This document shows, piece after piece, positions 21,496 to 31,664 of a stretch of 64,000 nucleotides of DNA. Source of the DNA: a virus; IMG/VR virus record IMGVR_UViG_3300045256_000058, positions 64,001 to 128,000 of that record; one strand, 5' to 3'. The translations under genes and the position numbers were made by a program. The notes beneath the pieces are model-generated. The model was given only the letters and a program-made list of their open reading frames with translations, did not search any database and was not told the origin of the DNA. The stretch's first letter is position 1, and each line of letters begins with the position of its first letter.

Positions 21496-21898
21496 GAGTT
21501 TGCAAGTTGTATAGTGTTTCGTTAGATATAAGAGTGTGTGCAGAAGTAAATATTAGATTGGGTATAGATATTTGACTATATGCACTTGGTAAATTGCGAT
21601 GCTTAAAGTTGTAGGAGAAGTAGATTATTTCTAACTTAGTTGCATCTGGATGAAATAGAAAATAGGATTGTATTTGACCTATTGCATGTTTTATAGAGTT
21701 AAATTCCTTTACTTCTATTAGTCTTTTTTCATTTCTAAATGTTCTCTCACTGTTTGAGTAGAGTGGTTCATCTTTATGTATGATTAGGTCAATTAGTCCT
21801 ACAGGAGTCTTTACTTCTCTAGCAACAGAATACCCTTGGTTAGAAAAATATGCTGCTAGAGCTTTTTGAACTGTAGCTTCGGATAGTTTCGTCTTCAT
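21488..21898 (-). CDS. PD-(D/E)XK nuclease
   Basis: REV...GLIDLII...LIEVK...AIGQIQSY. Confidence 0.75.
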   Translation of the reverse strand: MKTKLSEATVQKALAAYFSNQGYSVAREVKTPVGLIDLIIHKDEPLYSNSERTFRNEKRLIEVKEFNSIKHAIGQIQSYFLFHPDATKLEIIYFSYNFKHRNLPSAYSQISIPNLIFTSAHTLISNETLYNLQTHA

Positions 21899-21901
21899 GT
21901 T

Positions 21902-22321
21902 CTAGATAAGTGGACTCATTTCTGTGTTACTGTTAATGTCTTTGTTTCTCTTTATTGTTTTGTTTAGAGAGACAGGAAGGACAGGAACTTTCATTTCTTT
22001 TCTTCTTGAAATTTGATAATCTTTTTCAAGTTTCTTTTGTTCAAGTTTATTGTCTTTTCTTACAATTCGATAACGTTTTACTTCCTGCTCACTGTCTACA
22101 GGAAGATTTAATGCTGCTGAAACTTTTTGTCTGTCTTCAGGTTTCATTGGTTTGATATTATTTCCAACTGTTCCATTATTTCCAGGAGCATTCCCTCTAG
22201 GATTTGCAGGAGTAGGTGTGTTGGTTAGAGAAGCTTGGGCTAATAAGTCTGCTGCTCCGAAGTTAGAAAAAGCTTGTTTAAGAAGTTTCATGTGATTCAA
22301 AATTATCCTTGATGTTTTCAA
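21902..22321 (-). CDS. Hypothetical protein, first gene of the late strand
   Basis: ORF preceded by a candidate late promoter; AFSNF motif. Confidence 0.5.
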   Translation of the reverse strand: MKTSRIILNHMKLLKQAFSNFGAADLLAQASLTNTPTPANPRGNAPGNNGTVGNNIKPMKPEDRQKVSAALNLPVDSEQEVKRYRIVRKDNKLEQKKLEKDYQISRRKEMKVPVLPVSLNKTIKRNKDINSNTEMSPLI

Positions 22322-22812
22322 TAATCTCTTCGTTTACAGTTTTGTGACTGCGTTTACTACAATTAGTTTAGCATTTCGTGCATGAAAAATATGCCGGGAT
22401 TTCTGTGCTTTTTTTATTCTCTTTATGATTTAGGTGAGTTTGAATTATTGGGTTGGAAGCAGCCCCTTAAAAAACATCCTATCACACTCTGAAACCCCTG
22501 TCAAATAAGGCTTTCAGCCATTTTACCTCTCAATCCATAAGCTACACTTATAGTACAGATGTACGGTTAGGTATAGAGTATTCTCTATAGTAACTATAGA
22601 AAACTTTACATAGTAAATAGGTATAAATACTCTATACAATCCTGTTGAAAACTGCGATACTGTTTACAGGTTGGATAAGAGATAAGGAGGTTAAAGGATA
22701 AAACACTATGAACAATTAAATATTCTTATGGGATTGCAAGGGCTATTGCTCTTGACTTTCACAGGATAACTGTGCTTAAAATCCCGGCTAGAAAATTGGG
22801 TATTTATGCCTA

Positions 22813-22841
22813 TTGCGTTTTCTATCCGTATCCCCTAAGAT
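22813..22841 (+). promoter_or_regulatory. Sigma70-type early promoter
   Basis: TTGCGT-17 bp-TAAGAT followed by GTTTACAAGGTTGG. Confidence 0.65.
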
Positions 22842-22944
22842 GTTTACAAGGTTGGTTATGAGACAACCGACAATCAAACGATAGATTCCAAGCTATCACC
22901 CTATCAAAATTTATTCGCAGAGTCAAACTGCAAAAGGAGTACCT

Positions 22945-23427
22945 ATGGCTAAAGCCAGAAGTGTAGCTCTCCGTAAGACCTTCGCCTATGGTGTATTGGC
23001 TGTTACAAAGTCAACCGTATGGAAAGAGAAAGGTAATCCCGAAGCGGGTACGGAGGTAGTCTACTCAGTTCGCTTTAAGGTAAAGTCAGAAGTCTTAGAG
23101 CGTCTTAAAGCTCAAGGTGTGAAAAATCCTCTCAAGGATAATCCATTCCTTTTGATGCAAGATGGGGCTTCTTTCAAAAGGTTCTTTTCTAATGGTAGTG
23201 AGAAAATTACTACCTATATAAAGACTACTGACTATGCTAAAGCTGAGGAAGTTTTTAAGCGTGTAGTCTCTAGTATGAGTAGGGGTGTTAAGCCTACTAA
23301 AAAAGCTGTGATTCAAGATGTGCTGCCATCTGGTATGCGTATTGTTGAGCGTTCACAGTCTGAGTTTAGTAAAGCTTTGCTTTCTCCCTCCACACCATCT
23401 AAAAAACTATCCTTTAGCGTGAGATAA
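22945..23427 (+). CDS. Basic hypothetical early protein
   Basis: Strong RBS AAAGGAG; first plus-strand gene. Confidence 0.75.
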   Translation: MAKARSVALRKTFAYGVLAVTKSTVWKEKGNPEAGTEVVYSVRFKVKSEVLERLKAQGVKNPLKDNPFLLMQDGASFKRFFSNGSEKITTYIKTTDYAKAEEVFKRVVSSMSRGVKPTKKAVIQDVLPSGMRIVERSQSEFSKALLSPSTPSKKLSFSVR

Positions 23428-23430
23428 GCC

Positions 23431-23691
23431 ATGAAGTATGCTGTCTTAAAAACTGGCAATCACTATGCCCGTATGAATTACGCATATCAACCATGCTGTA
23501 ATACGGGTTTAGTAGAGATTGATGAGTCTATCCCTACGGATGACTATGGCAATCCCATTACTGTTGCAGACTATAAGCTAGTTGATGATTTAGCTCTAGC
23601 TACAGTTTTCCCTAAGAAGTTGGCTAAACGTTTAGTTAGGGCTGATTTATTTCTTGAGGTTATGACTGTTCAGCGTGTAATGTTCGTTTAG
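23431..23691 (+). CDS. Hypothetical early protein
   Basis: ORF directly coupled to the upstream gene. Confidence 0.65.
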   Translation: MKYAVLKTGNHYARMNYAYQPCCNTGLVEIDESIPTDDYGNPITVADYKLVDDLALATVFPKKLAKRLVRADLFLEVMTVQRVMFV

Positions 23692-23704
23692 GTATTTCTT
23701 CTTA

Positions 23705-23733
23705 TTGACTTCTGCCCATATTGGCTGTATTGT
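23705..23733 (+). promoter_or_regulatory. Sigma70-type promoter upstream of the large ncRNA region
   Basis: TTGACT-17 bp-TATTGT followed by GTTTATAGGTTGG. Confidence 0.7.
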
Positions 23734-23739
23734 GTTTAT

Positions 23740-25600
23740 AGGTTGGTTTTCTAACCTGTATTCCATGCTCTAGAGTTCGACTCTCTAGTGGGCACTGGGC
23801 TTTACGATGTACTTCGTTTATGCCCTATTAATAGCCTTGCTGTGAGGTTAAACACAGTGACATACTCTCCTGACAGAGAGGATTGGGCGTTCATAGCGCA
23901 AATTTACACTGCTACGGTAGCGGTATTGCTATCTACAGAGTGTTCTACAGTGCTTTCAATGTGCTGTAACATTAAATCGGGCTTAATATACCCGTCAAAT
24001 GTTGACAGTTTGCGATAGCTGTATGATTCACTCGCTTTTGTAGCTAAATGAACCGTAGTTTCTATGTGTAATATTTGCCGTATCTTATAACGATAGGATT
24101 GAATGCTGTGGTTGGTAGTGGTCTATATGACTAAGTAGCTAACGTGTTCCTGATGGCATATCACGGGGTATGAATAGGGGTGAGTTACTATGAACCGTAA
24201 ACTACAAATCTCGATAGCGAGCTAATCGTAACATTCGGTTAGTATATGCTTTCATCTGGCGATAGGTGCTAGTGTCCCCATAGGGGTGCTAGTATTCAAT
24301 AAGCTCGGTAGTACCATGAGGGAACGGGTGTGGAGTGCTGTTAGCCTAACAGTGCATTGATGCGTCCTAGTATGCTTGGGAATCCTAATGCTCAGACTTT
24401 ATCCGGGTAGGTGCGGAATGAGTTGCTTCTAAGGATGACTGTATAGAAAGCTGAGTCTGTAAATGTGAGCTAGAGAGGTTGCGGCTAGGGGTAGAGCTTT
24501 ATGCTACTACTTTCTACCGACTAAGTGTGCCTGCTTGAAACGGTCTTAATAAAACCGTCAAAGCGGATAACGGATGTATATCCTAGCTTAGTTATGGGGA
24601 CTGTAGTGTGTATAAAGTATATGCTGTTAGCCTAGAAGGTGTAGTGAGACTGGGAACTGATTGAAAGGGTTTGTATGATTCCCTTCCCCATTGGGATGAT
24701 TCTTATTTGAGTAGGCAGTTGCATCTTTACAGTTTGGACAGTTGGTAAGTATCGTGTAGCGGAATACACTAGACAATACCCGTATATACAAATATTACTT
24801 CCCGTCATAGTACGGGCTTTTCGGGGTACGTCAGTCACTATCCTAGTCTATGCAATGGAGAATGCGGCAATACAAGCCTTTCCTCGATTCACTATCATAG
24901 CCTATACTTACACCAAAGCGTCCCTAAATGTAAAGATAAATTGTATCCCCGGTATTCCCATATAAACAATATCGTGTTACCGCTTCCTAATGCACAATGA
25001 TGCTGTGGGGGCTGTTTTGTGCTGTCTGGAAGTATTGCACGGTATTGGGGATAAGGTAGACTCTACTACTCTTCACTATGAAGAAAAGTAGGCTCTATGG
25101 AAGGGCAGTAAGTAAGTATCTAGCTATATGTCCTCTCTTTGGACATGGCTCCCTACATAAGCGTAGTATAAGGATTATCTCAAGCATAATTCTTCGACTT
25201 ACCTATGGCTATGGGTTCGAGAATAAGTGTGAAGCGAAGCTAACAAGGAGTACGGCTATTTACGGAAAGCTGCGTCTGTCATTGCGATAGGCTGCAAACT
25301 GACCATAGAGACAAAATGAATCGGAACGCTGAGTGTGTAGTGTTCTATTGAGGTATTGCATTCTAGTTCATGTTACTCCTGACTAGCGTGTAAGTTCCAT
25401 ATCGGGTGATGGCTGTCTCAGTAATTATAAATGCGCGAAGTAACATTCCAATGCGCTATGGAGGGAGGTAGGGTAATGAGAGACAGTCATGGGAGTTCAT
25501 TATACAGATAGTCCCTCTCTTCCAAAAGGGGCTTCTGTTATCTCTTAAGTAATCCCAGTGAGAGAGTATATAGTATGAGTTAGCAATAACTCTAGCTAGT
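23740..25600 (+). ncRNA. Candidate giant structured ncRNA (~1.8 kb)
   Basis: No credible ORF; many local hairpins and at least eight nested long-range helices, including one joining 23862-23869 to 25562-25569. Confidence 0.65.
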
Positions 25601-25778
25601 TAGAAATAGGTTAATAGCTTGTTTCTACCTAGTGAAAGATACTGTGTACTCTCAATATTCTGGTTACGCTTACCTTCTGGTGCAAGTCCAGATAGAGGTA
25701 TGGGTATCGTACCCTATAGAGTCTAGGCTATTACGGCTTAGGCTCAATTTGTCATGCAAACTTATTGAGGTCAGTCTC

Positions 25779-28700
25779 ATGTCTCTTTGGCTTGTTGCTC
25801 CTACTTCTCTAAATGGAATCTTTGCTCACAAGCAATCCGTTTGGAAGGAAGACATCTACGAAATTGTAGAAGGAACAATAGAGGATGATGTTACTTTTCT
25901 ATTGTTCATGGATGGTAAGCCCTATTGTGTGGGTACTGACCTTGATGAATTAAAAGACTATGCTCTAAACGGCTAGTCTAATTAGTCGAGTAATAGAGAT
26001 TTATAACCTCTATCACTACTATAAGTAATCAATACAGGATGCTGGTTGTAGCTACAAGATTTCGTATGCTCCTAGCTCCTAATTTGTGTTGACTGTAGTG
26101 TGTTAGTTATGTTCTCTGTTGCTCTCTTCTGTATGACTGTTCACCTTATCTAGTCATGCTAGGAGGGGTAATGACTTGTGATGCCTGCTCGTAGTCCACC
26201 TTATTTTCTAACCATCATGGTTGTTCAATTTTACAACGGACACAAAAACATTCATCTTAATGTTGAACTGGATAGGCTGCATCCTGACTGTAATGTAAGA
26301 GCTATTGGAAGAGTGGGTAGAGATAAGTATTCTGAGCTTCCTACTTTTGAATCCGATAATTTTACTAGCTGTCTGGTAAAAGCTTCTCAATGGTGTGCAT
26401 TGAATGGATTCTTTCCGGTAGAAAACGGCAAAGTAGTTGAATACGTCTAGCTAAGGAGAAACATGGAAGGTAAACCCATCGAACTAAATATCTCAAATGA
26501 GTTTCCTGCTAACGGGGAAATTGTTATTCGAGTTCGATACGTTGCTAAAGATGCAAGACGAAAAGCAATGTTGTCTGTGTACGTTAGTGAGAACTGGTTA
26601 GCTGAGTGGGGATTGCATTCTACCGCTCGTTTCATGAATCAACGGCTCCAAAAAGATTGGGGTAATCCTCCTCTAGAGGTAGAAGCCTCCAATAAAGGCT
26701 ATCGAGTAGCTAGGCAAGCTGTGTTTGGTGATAAAGATAACTCTCCTTGGTCACACATTCAAATTGCGGCTTTTAGAGAGATGGTAGATATACTCTCTGA
26801 GTTTCAAGCTCATACTGCCTATCTAGATGCCCTTCGCAGTTCGGTTCCTGATGAAATGTTCTTTACTCTGGTGAAGTAATGCGTGTAATCGGTCAAGAAT
26901 CAAATTCAGCTTTTCAACAAGAAGCTGAACCACTATTAGCGGCAAACGGGATTTTAATTGTCCCTACTGTGTTTGATATGTCTAGCACTGGGTCTAAAGG
27001 TGTAGCAATTCGAGTCTACATTACGAATCACAGTCTGGATATAATTAGTCAACGTCAGAGTCTTTCTGAGCCTCCCATTTTGCCTTTACTTGGTTATGTG
27101 TCTTCTAGCTGGGGTGAAGCATCTCATGTATTTCCAGAGAGTAGAAACATTGCTTTCGAGAAGGATTTTGCTCCTGATGTTCCTGGTCATTTCATTGACC
27201 GTTGGATAAAGAATTTCTCTACTCAAGTCTTAGAAGAGTGGAGTTTCATTCTTTCTCATGTGCAAAAGAACACATCGGTTACGGTCACTCCTTCTGAGTT
27301 CCAAAATGGATTCTTTGGGATTACCTCTGCTTAGTTCGTTCATTACGTCCACATCATCAAGGTACAAAATTATGACTTCTGCTACACTTGTACGTCCTGC
27401 CTATACTCCTGTTCTCAAAGCCGACTTAGAACAAGGGGAAGAAAAGATTTCCAAGCTCGTTGATAAGTGGAAAGCTCTAAACCCCGGCAAAAGTGTGAAT
27501 CTCCGAATTACCTTTGCAATGTTTAACTCTGCTGAGAGCCTTACTCAAAAGTATGAGGCTGCAAAAACTCGGCTTCAACATTGGTATCAGGATGCAATCA
27601 TTACTGAGCGTCAAATGAAAGAAGCGCTATCTGAAATCGGTAAACTGTATCGAACATTCATCGGTATCTCTGCTAACTACGCAAATAAGCGTCAGTACAA
27701 CGGCAAAACCGAAAACATTGTTTGGATGGAATTCTAGTTTTTGTGTGGGTTACTTCTCCTTACCCTAATGGGGTTGCTCTTAGCGAGTGACCCCTTTTTT
27801 CTTAAGAGAAAGTTCCTTTTTTCATGCAAACCTTTACCTTTTTCTACCATCATGGCAAGCACTGGAATTACTGACCTTGAAACCCTTCATTCTTTGAAAG
27901 AGGAGTATTTTCCTCACGACACCCCTACTCTTCCTGATTCCGTTATCTATGCGGAAGATGCTGAACTGCTAATGCGTCTTTCAACACACGACCCTGTGCA
28001 TGGTTATCGGATTGTAAATGAATGGAAGCCCGTAGCAGCAGATGAAACCTACTGTCATGTGCAGGAAGTGAATTTCAAGATGTTCACTGTAACCCCTCGC
28101 TTAGATACTTCTGACCGTGCTGCAAGCCACTATCTGACTCCACAAGAGCGGGATATGTTGTTCCGTACTTGGTTATATCGTGGTTTTTCTCCTGCTGTGT
28201 CCATTCATCCGTATCTTCAGCCTGCACAGGATATTCTGTAATGTCAGAATCAATACCATCTCACTCTATGAAATATCTCCCTCTTTTTCTGGTGTTTTTA
28301 ACATCTGTAACCATTAGCACGTTCGAGCTATTGGCTATGGGTATTTCAGGATGGCTACTATATGCTCTCCCATTATGGAAAGCCGCAATTGCAGTAGCTC
28401 TAGGGTTGTTATCAACCTACGTCATGATTGATGCTTTCTCCAAGCTTCAGATTCAGCTCAACAAACACATTACTCGGAAATTACAGAATGATTCTTGACT
28501 TCATTGCTGTTGGGTTGGTGGGGATGGTCTTACGTCCCCTATTTGACCGTTATGTAGTCAATCCTATTGCTGCATGGATTACGATTTGTCAAATGAATGA
28601 TTGTGGAGACTAAATGCACTATCACGTTCTTGAGTCTGAAGGTAAGTTCATTGCACACCCTATGATTCGTGTAATTCACGGTGTGCTGACTTCTGATATT

Positions 28701-29341
28701 CAAAAGGCACAGGTCTACCCGTTAGAAACTGATGCCATTACCTCAATCGCCTATCTTCAGGAACACTACCCAGAATTAACTGGTAAGCCCTTAGTTCCGA
28801 GAGCTATCTCTATTGGATTGGAGGAATGAAATACAACCTTCATCTATACAAACTCGTAGTTGCAAACTACAGCACACAGACTTCTAGAGAGACTTTAATT
28901 ACCGATAAAGCAGAGTATGACAGAGAGGTACTGTCTTACTTGTCTTTGCCGTATTCGGTAAGAGTGTCTTTACAGAAGCTTAATCATCTTGCTTTATGGC
29001 AAACGATTAAGTCGGTTACGGTCAATCACTTTGATGAAACTTTCTAACTTCGGAGGAATCCAATGAGTCTATTTTCTGGTGGATTGCGTACTGCCTTGAA
29101 ACCAATCAAGGTTCGTATTCTATCCAACGGTTCCAACTTTGCTTTACAGCAACAACAAACGTTCTTCGGGTTTCCCTACTGGTCAGTGATGACCCGTTGG
29201 GATATTCACCCAATTACCGGACAAGCTTCCAAGCTTCCGGCTAAGTTCGATACGATTACAGATGCTCAAGAACATCTTGCTGCTCTAAAAGCATCTCGTC
29301 AGTCACTTGTCTGGGATGTAACCGATACGGTTGAAATCTAG
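25779..29341 (+). CDS. Cluster of about 10 small hypothetical early proteins
   Basis: Tightly packed, often overlapping plus-strand ORFs, several with GGAG-type RBS; no recognisable families. Confidence 0.6.
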
Positions 29342-29410
29342 TCAATCGGGGTAGTTAGTGTTTGCTGGCTACCCTTTGCTTTTTCTATCCACCATTATAA
29401 GGAAACAATC

Positions 29411-30466
29411 ATGGCAACTACAACTGCGAAAAAGAAGACTACTTCTCCTACGAAGACTACTAAATCAACTGCAACTAAAGCTAAGGTGACTAAACCTGCT
29501 GAAACTGAAGCACCCCGTGAGCCTGGTAAGCTCCAAGTAAGACTGGATGCGCTCACTGCTGATGTAATCAAAGCAATGGAGCAAGGCACTTTTGGTAGCT
29601 GGGTAAAGAAATGGTCAGAATCACCATTCTCTATCGGTACAAATTTTTCTACTCAACATCAGTACACAGGGTCTAATGCCCTGATTACTGCCTGGTACTC
29701 TATGGCTCAGTCTAAGCCTAATATTTGGGGTACGATGAATGCTGGTTATAGCATGGGATGGAAATTGCGTAAAGGTAGCCAACAAATTCCTTTGCTGCGT
29801 CCCAAACAAGTTGTAATCTCAGCAGAAGAATCAAGTACAGGAAAAGAAGTTCGGTTTACACGGTTTAGTTTATTCGGTGTTTCTAACCTGCTCGACTTCG
29901 ATGCCAATCCAAATGCAAAGATGTCTCCAGTAGAGTTTCTACAGGAGTTAGAAAAGGCTACAAAGAGACTCTCTGAAAAACAGAGAATTGCTCATGCTGA
30001 GAAGTTTCTAAATGCCGCAATTAAGCAATCAGGTGTCAAGATGCTCGGCAATGGTAATCCTTCCTATGCTCCTAAGCTTGATGGAATTTGGATGCCTGAC
30101 TTCAAGACCTTTCATGCTCCTGAGTATTATTACAGCACTCTTGGGCACGAACTCATTCACTCAACTGGTGCGGAATCCCGACTAGCCCGTAAGGGAATTA
30201 CAGAATTTGACCACTTTGGTTCTCCTCAATATGCTCAGGAAGAACTGATTGCTGAGTTGGGTAGCTTATTTCTAATGGCGTACCTCGGTCTTGAGTACGA
30301 TTTAATGCACAAGACTTCATATCTCGCAAGTTGGCTAAACGGATTGAAGGAAAACCCCCAATATCTGTGGAAGTCAGCAGCAAAAGCTCAAGCGGCTTAC
30401 AAGTTTGTTCGTGAAATGGGTGGCGACCCTATTCCTGAAAACAAGAAACAGGAAAACGAAAAATAG
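29411..30466 (+). CDS. ardC: ArdC-like antirestriction / ssDNA-binding protein with zincin domain
   Basis: YTGSNAL, GWKLRKGS and YYSTLGHELIHSTG...YAQEELIAELGS. Confidence 0.85.
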   Translation: MATTTAKKKTTSPTKTTKSTATKAKVTKPAETEAPREPGKLQVRLDALTADVIKAMEQGTFGSWVKKWSESPFSIGTNFSTQHQYTGSNALITAWYSMAQSKPNIWGTMNAGYSMGWKLRKGSQQIPLLRPKQVVISAEESSTGKEVRFTRFSLFGVSNLLDFDANPNAKMSPVEFLQELEKATKRLSEKQRIAHAEKFLNAAIKQSGVKMLGNGNPSYAPKLDGIWMPDFKTFHAPEYYYSTLGHELIHSTGAESRLARKGITEFDHFGSPQYAQEELIAELGSLFLMAYLGLEYDLMHKTSYLASWLNGLKENPQYLWKSAAKAQAAYKFVREMGGDPIPENKKQENEK

Positions 30467-30802
30467 ATTTCCTTGGTGGACTAGATGAGAGTGGGTTTTT
30501 CTCCTTTTCCCACTCTCTTTTTCTTAACTATGAAACCTTTAACTAATCAAAAGCCTTATGTCCTAGTTTGGATACTAGATAACGGTTACATTTACGACAT
30601 AAAAGTTTCTCGTAGATTTAATTAAAACTACTTATTGGCATCCTCAAAGACTCTTCATTCCCTTTGGAGGTATGCACTATTACAGTTTTGAAGACTTTGA
30701 TAGAAAGTATCACAAAGAGTATCCTGCTTTGATTCATGGCATAAAAGCGGCACTTACTAATGGGATTACCAGAATACAGTTTGATTATCCTGTAGTTGCA
30801 CT

Positions 30803-31664
30803 ATGAAGTTTTACGAGTTTATTCTAAAAATAAATAACGAGTTAGTTTTTCCTGCAATACAAAACAAGATAAACATAGACCACTTAGTTGATGACTTTAG
30901 ATTTGAGTCCGATGCAATTTGGGCACTATATCACTTTATTCCTAGAATTATAAAGAGAGTAGTGAACCCAAAATTCAATCTCTCGTATCATCTAAACGGT
31001 GAAAGTAACTACTCTAGATGGTTATTCTATCTCGACCATGAGAATTTCAGTGTTCTAACTCCTGAAACTATGAAAGAGATTAGTTTGCCTAGTATTTATA
31101 ATACCCCTGAAAAAAGAGAGTGGTTCTACAAGTTGGTAAACGGTACTCTTAGTGAGACATACTATTTACGAGAGTTTGAAAGAATGAAAGCATATCTCAA
31201 GGATAGGTATCATGTCGAGATTTACTAAACATCTTTTACATTTCATTGAAAGGTCTAGTCCTATTGTTTTAGTAGGAACTAAAGATGTAACCGATTTTGT
31301 TGACTTTTACGATGTTGCTTTTGACGAAACACATTTAGTGTTTCATTTACATCCTCGAATTATGAGAAAGATAGACCCCTCATTCACAGTGGCAAAGTAT
31401 GTTAGTCGCTATGAACGTTGGCTAGAAGCATTTGGAAACTATTTTCTAACAAATTACTTCACTCCTCATCGTATTGAGGAAACGGGATTTGCTATCCCAT
31501 CTCTTAGGTCGAATATTTACGAAGAATTGTTTGGTCAAATGTCTGATACATACTATCGTCGAAGATTTGACGATATGTTTAAGTACGTCTGCGAGGAATT
31601 CGATTGTGCAACTCAGTTGTCAGAAAGTGAGGGAGAGCAATCCCTTATCTTGTTTGGTAGGTAA
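30803..31664 (+). CDS. Two tandem paralogous hypothetical proteins (30803..31228 and 31212..31664)
   Basis: Shared H..PRI...P.F and (L/M)S(E/D)TYY.R.F motifs. Confidence 0.6.

Noticed and set aside
23713-23795. Complete tRNA using TGCCCAT/GTGGGCA as acceptor stem
   Set aside because: No D arm or 7-nt anticodon loop, and the 5' strand lies inside the promoter spacer.
23788-25290. Short ORFs 23788..24018, 24632..24838 and 25078..25290
   Set aside because: No clear RBS, atypical composition, not coupled to neighbours, and they overlap the long-range helices; treated as spurious.
23740-25600. Group I or group II intron as the explanation for the large RNA
   Set aside because: No interrupted gene on either side and no recognisable domain V; the AGATAGTCC stretch near 25506 is accounted for by a long-range helix. 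A covariance-model search is still needed to exclude it.
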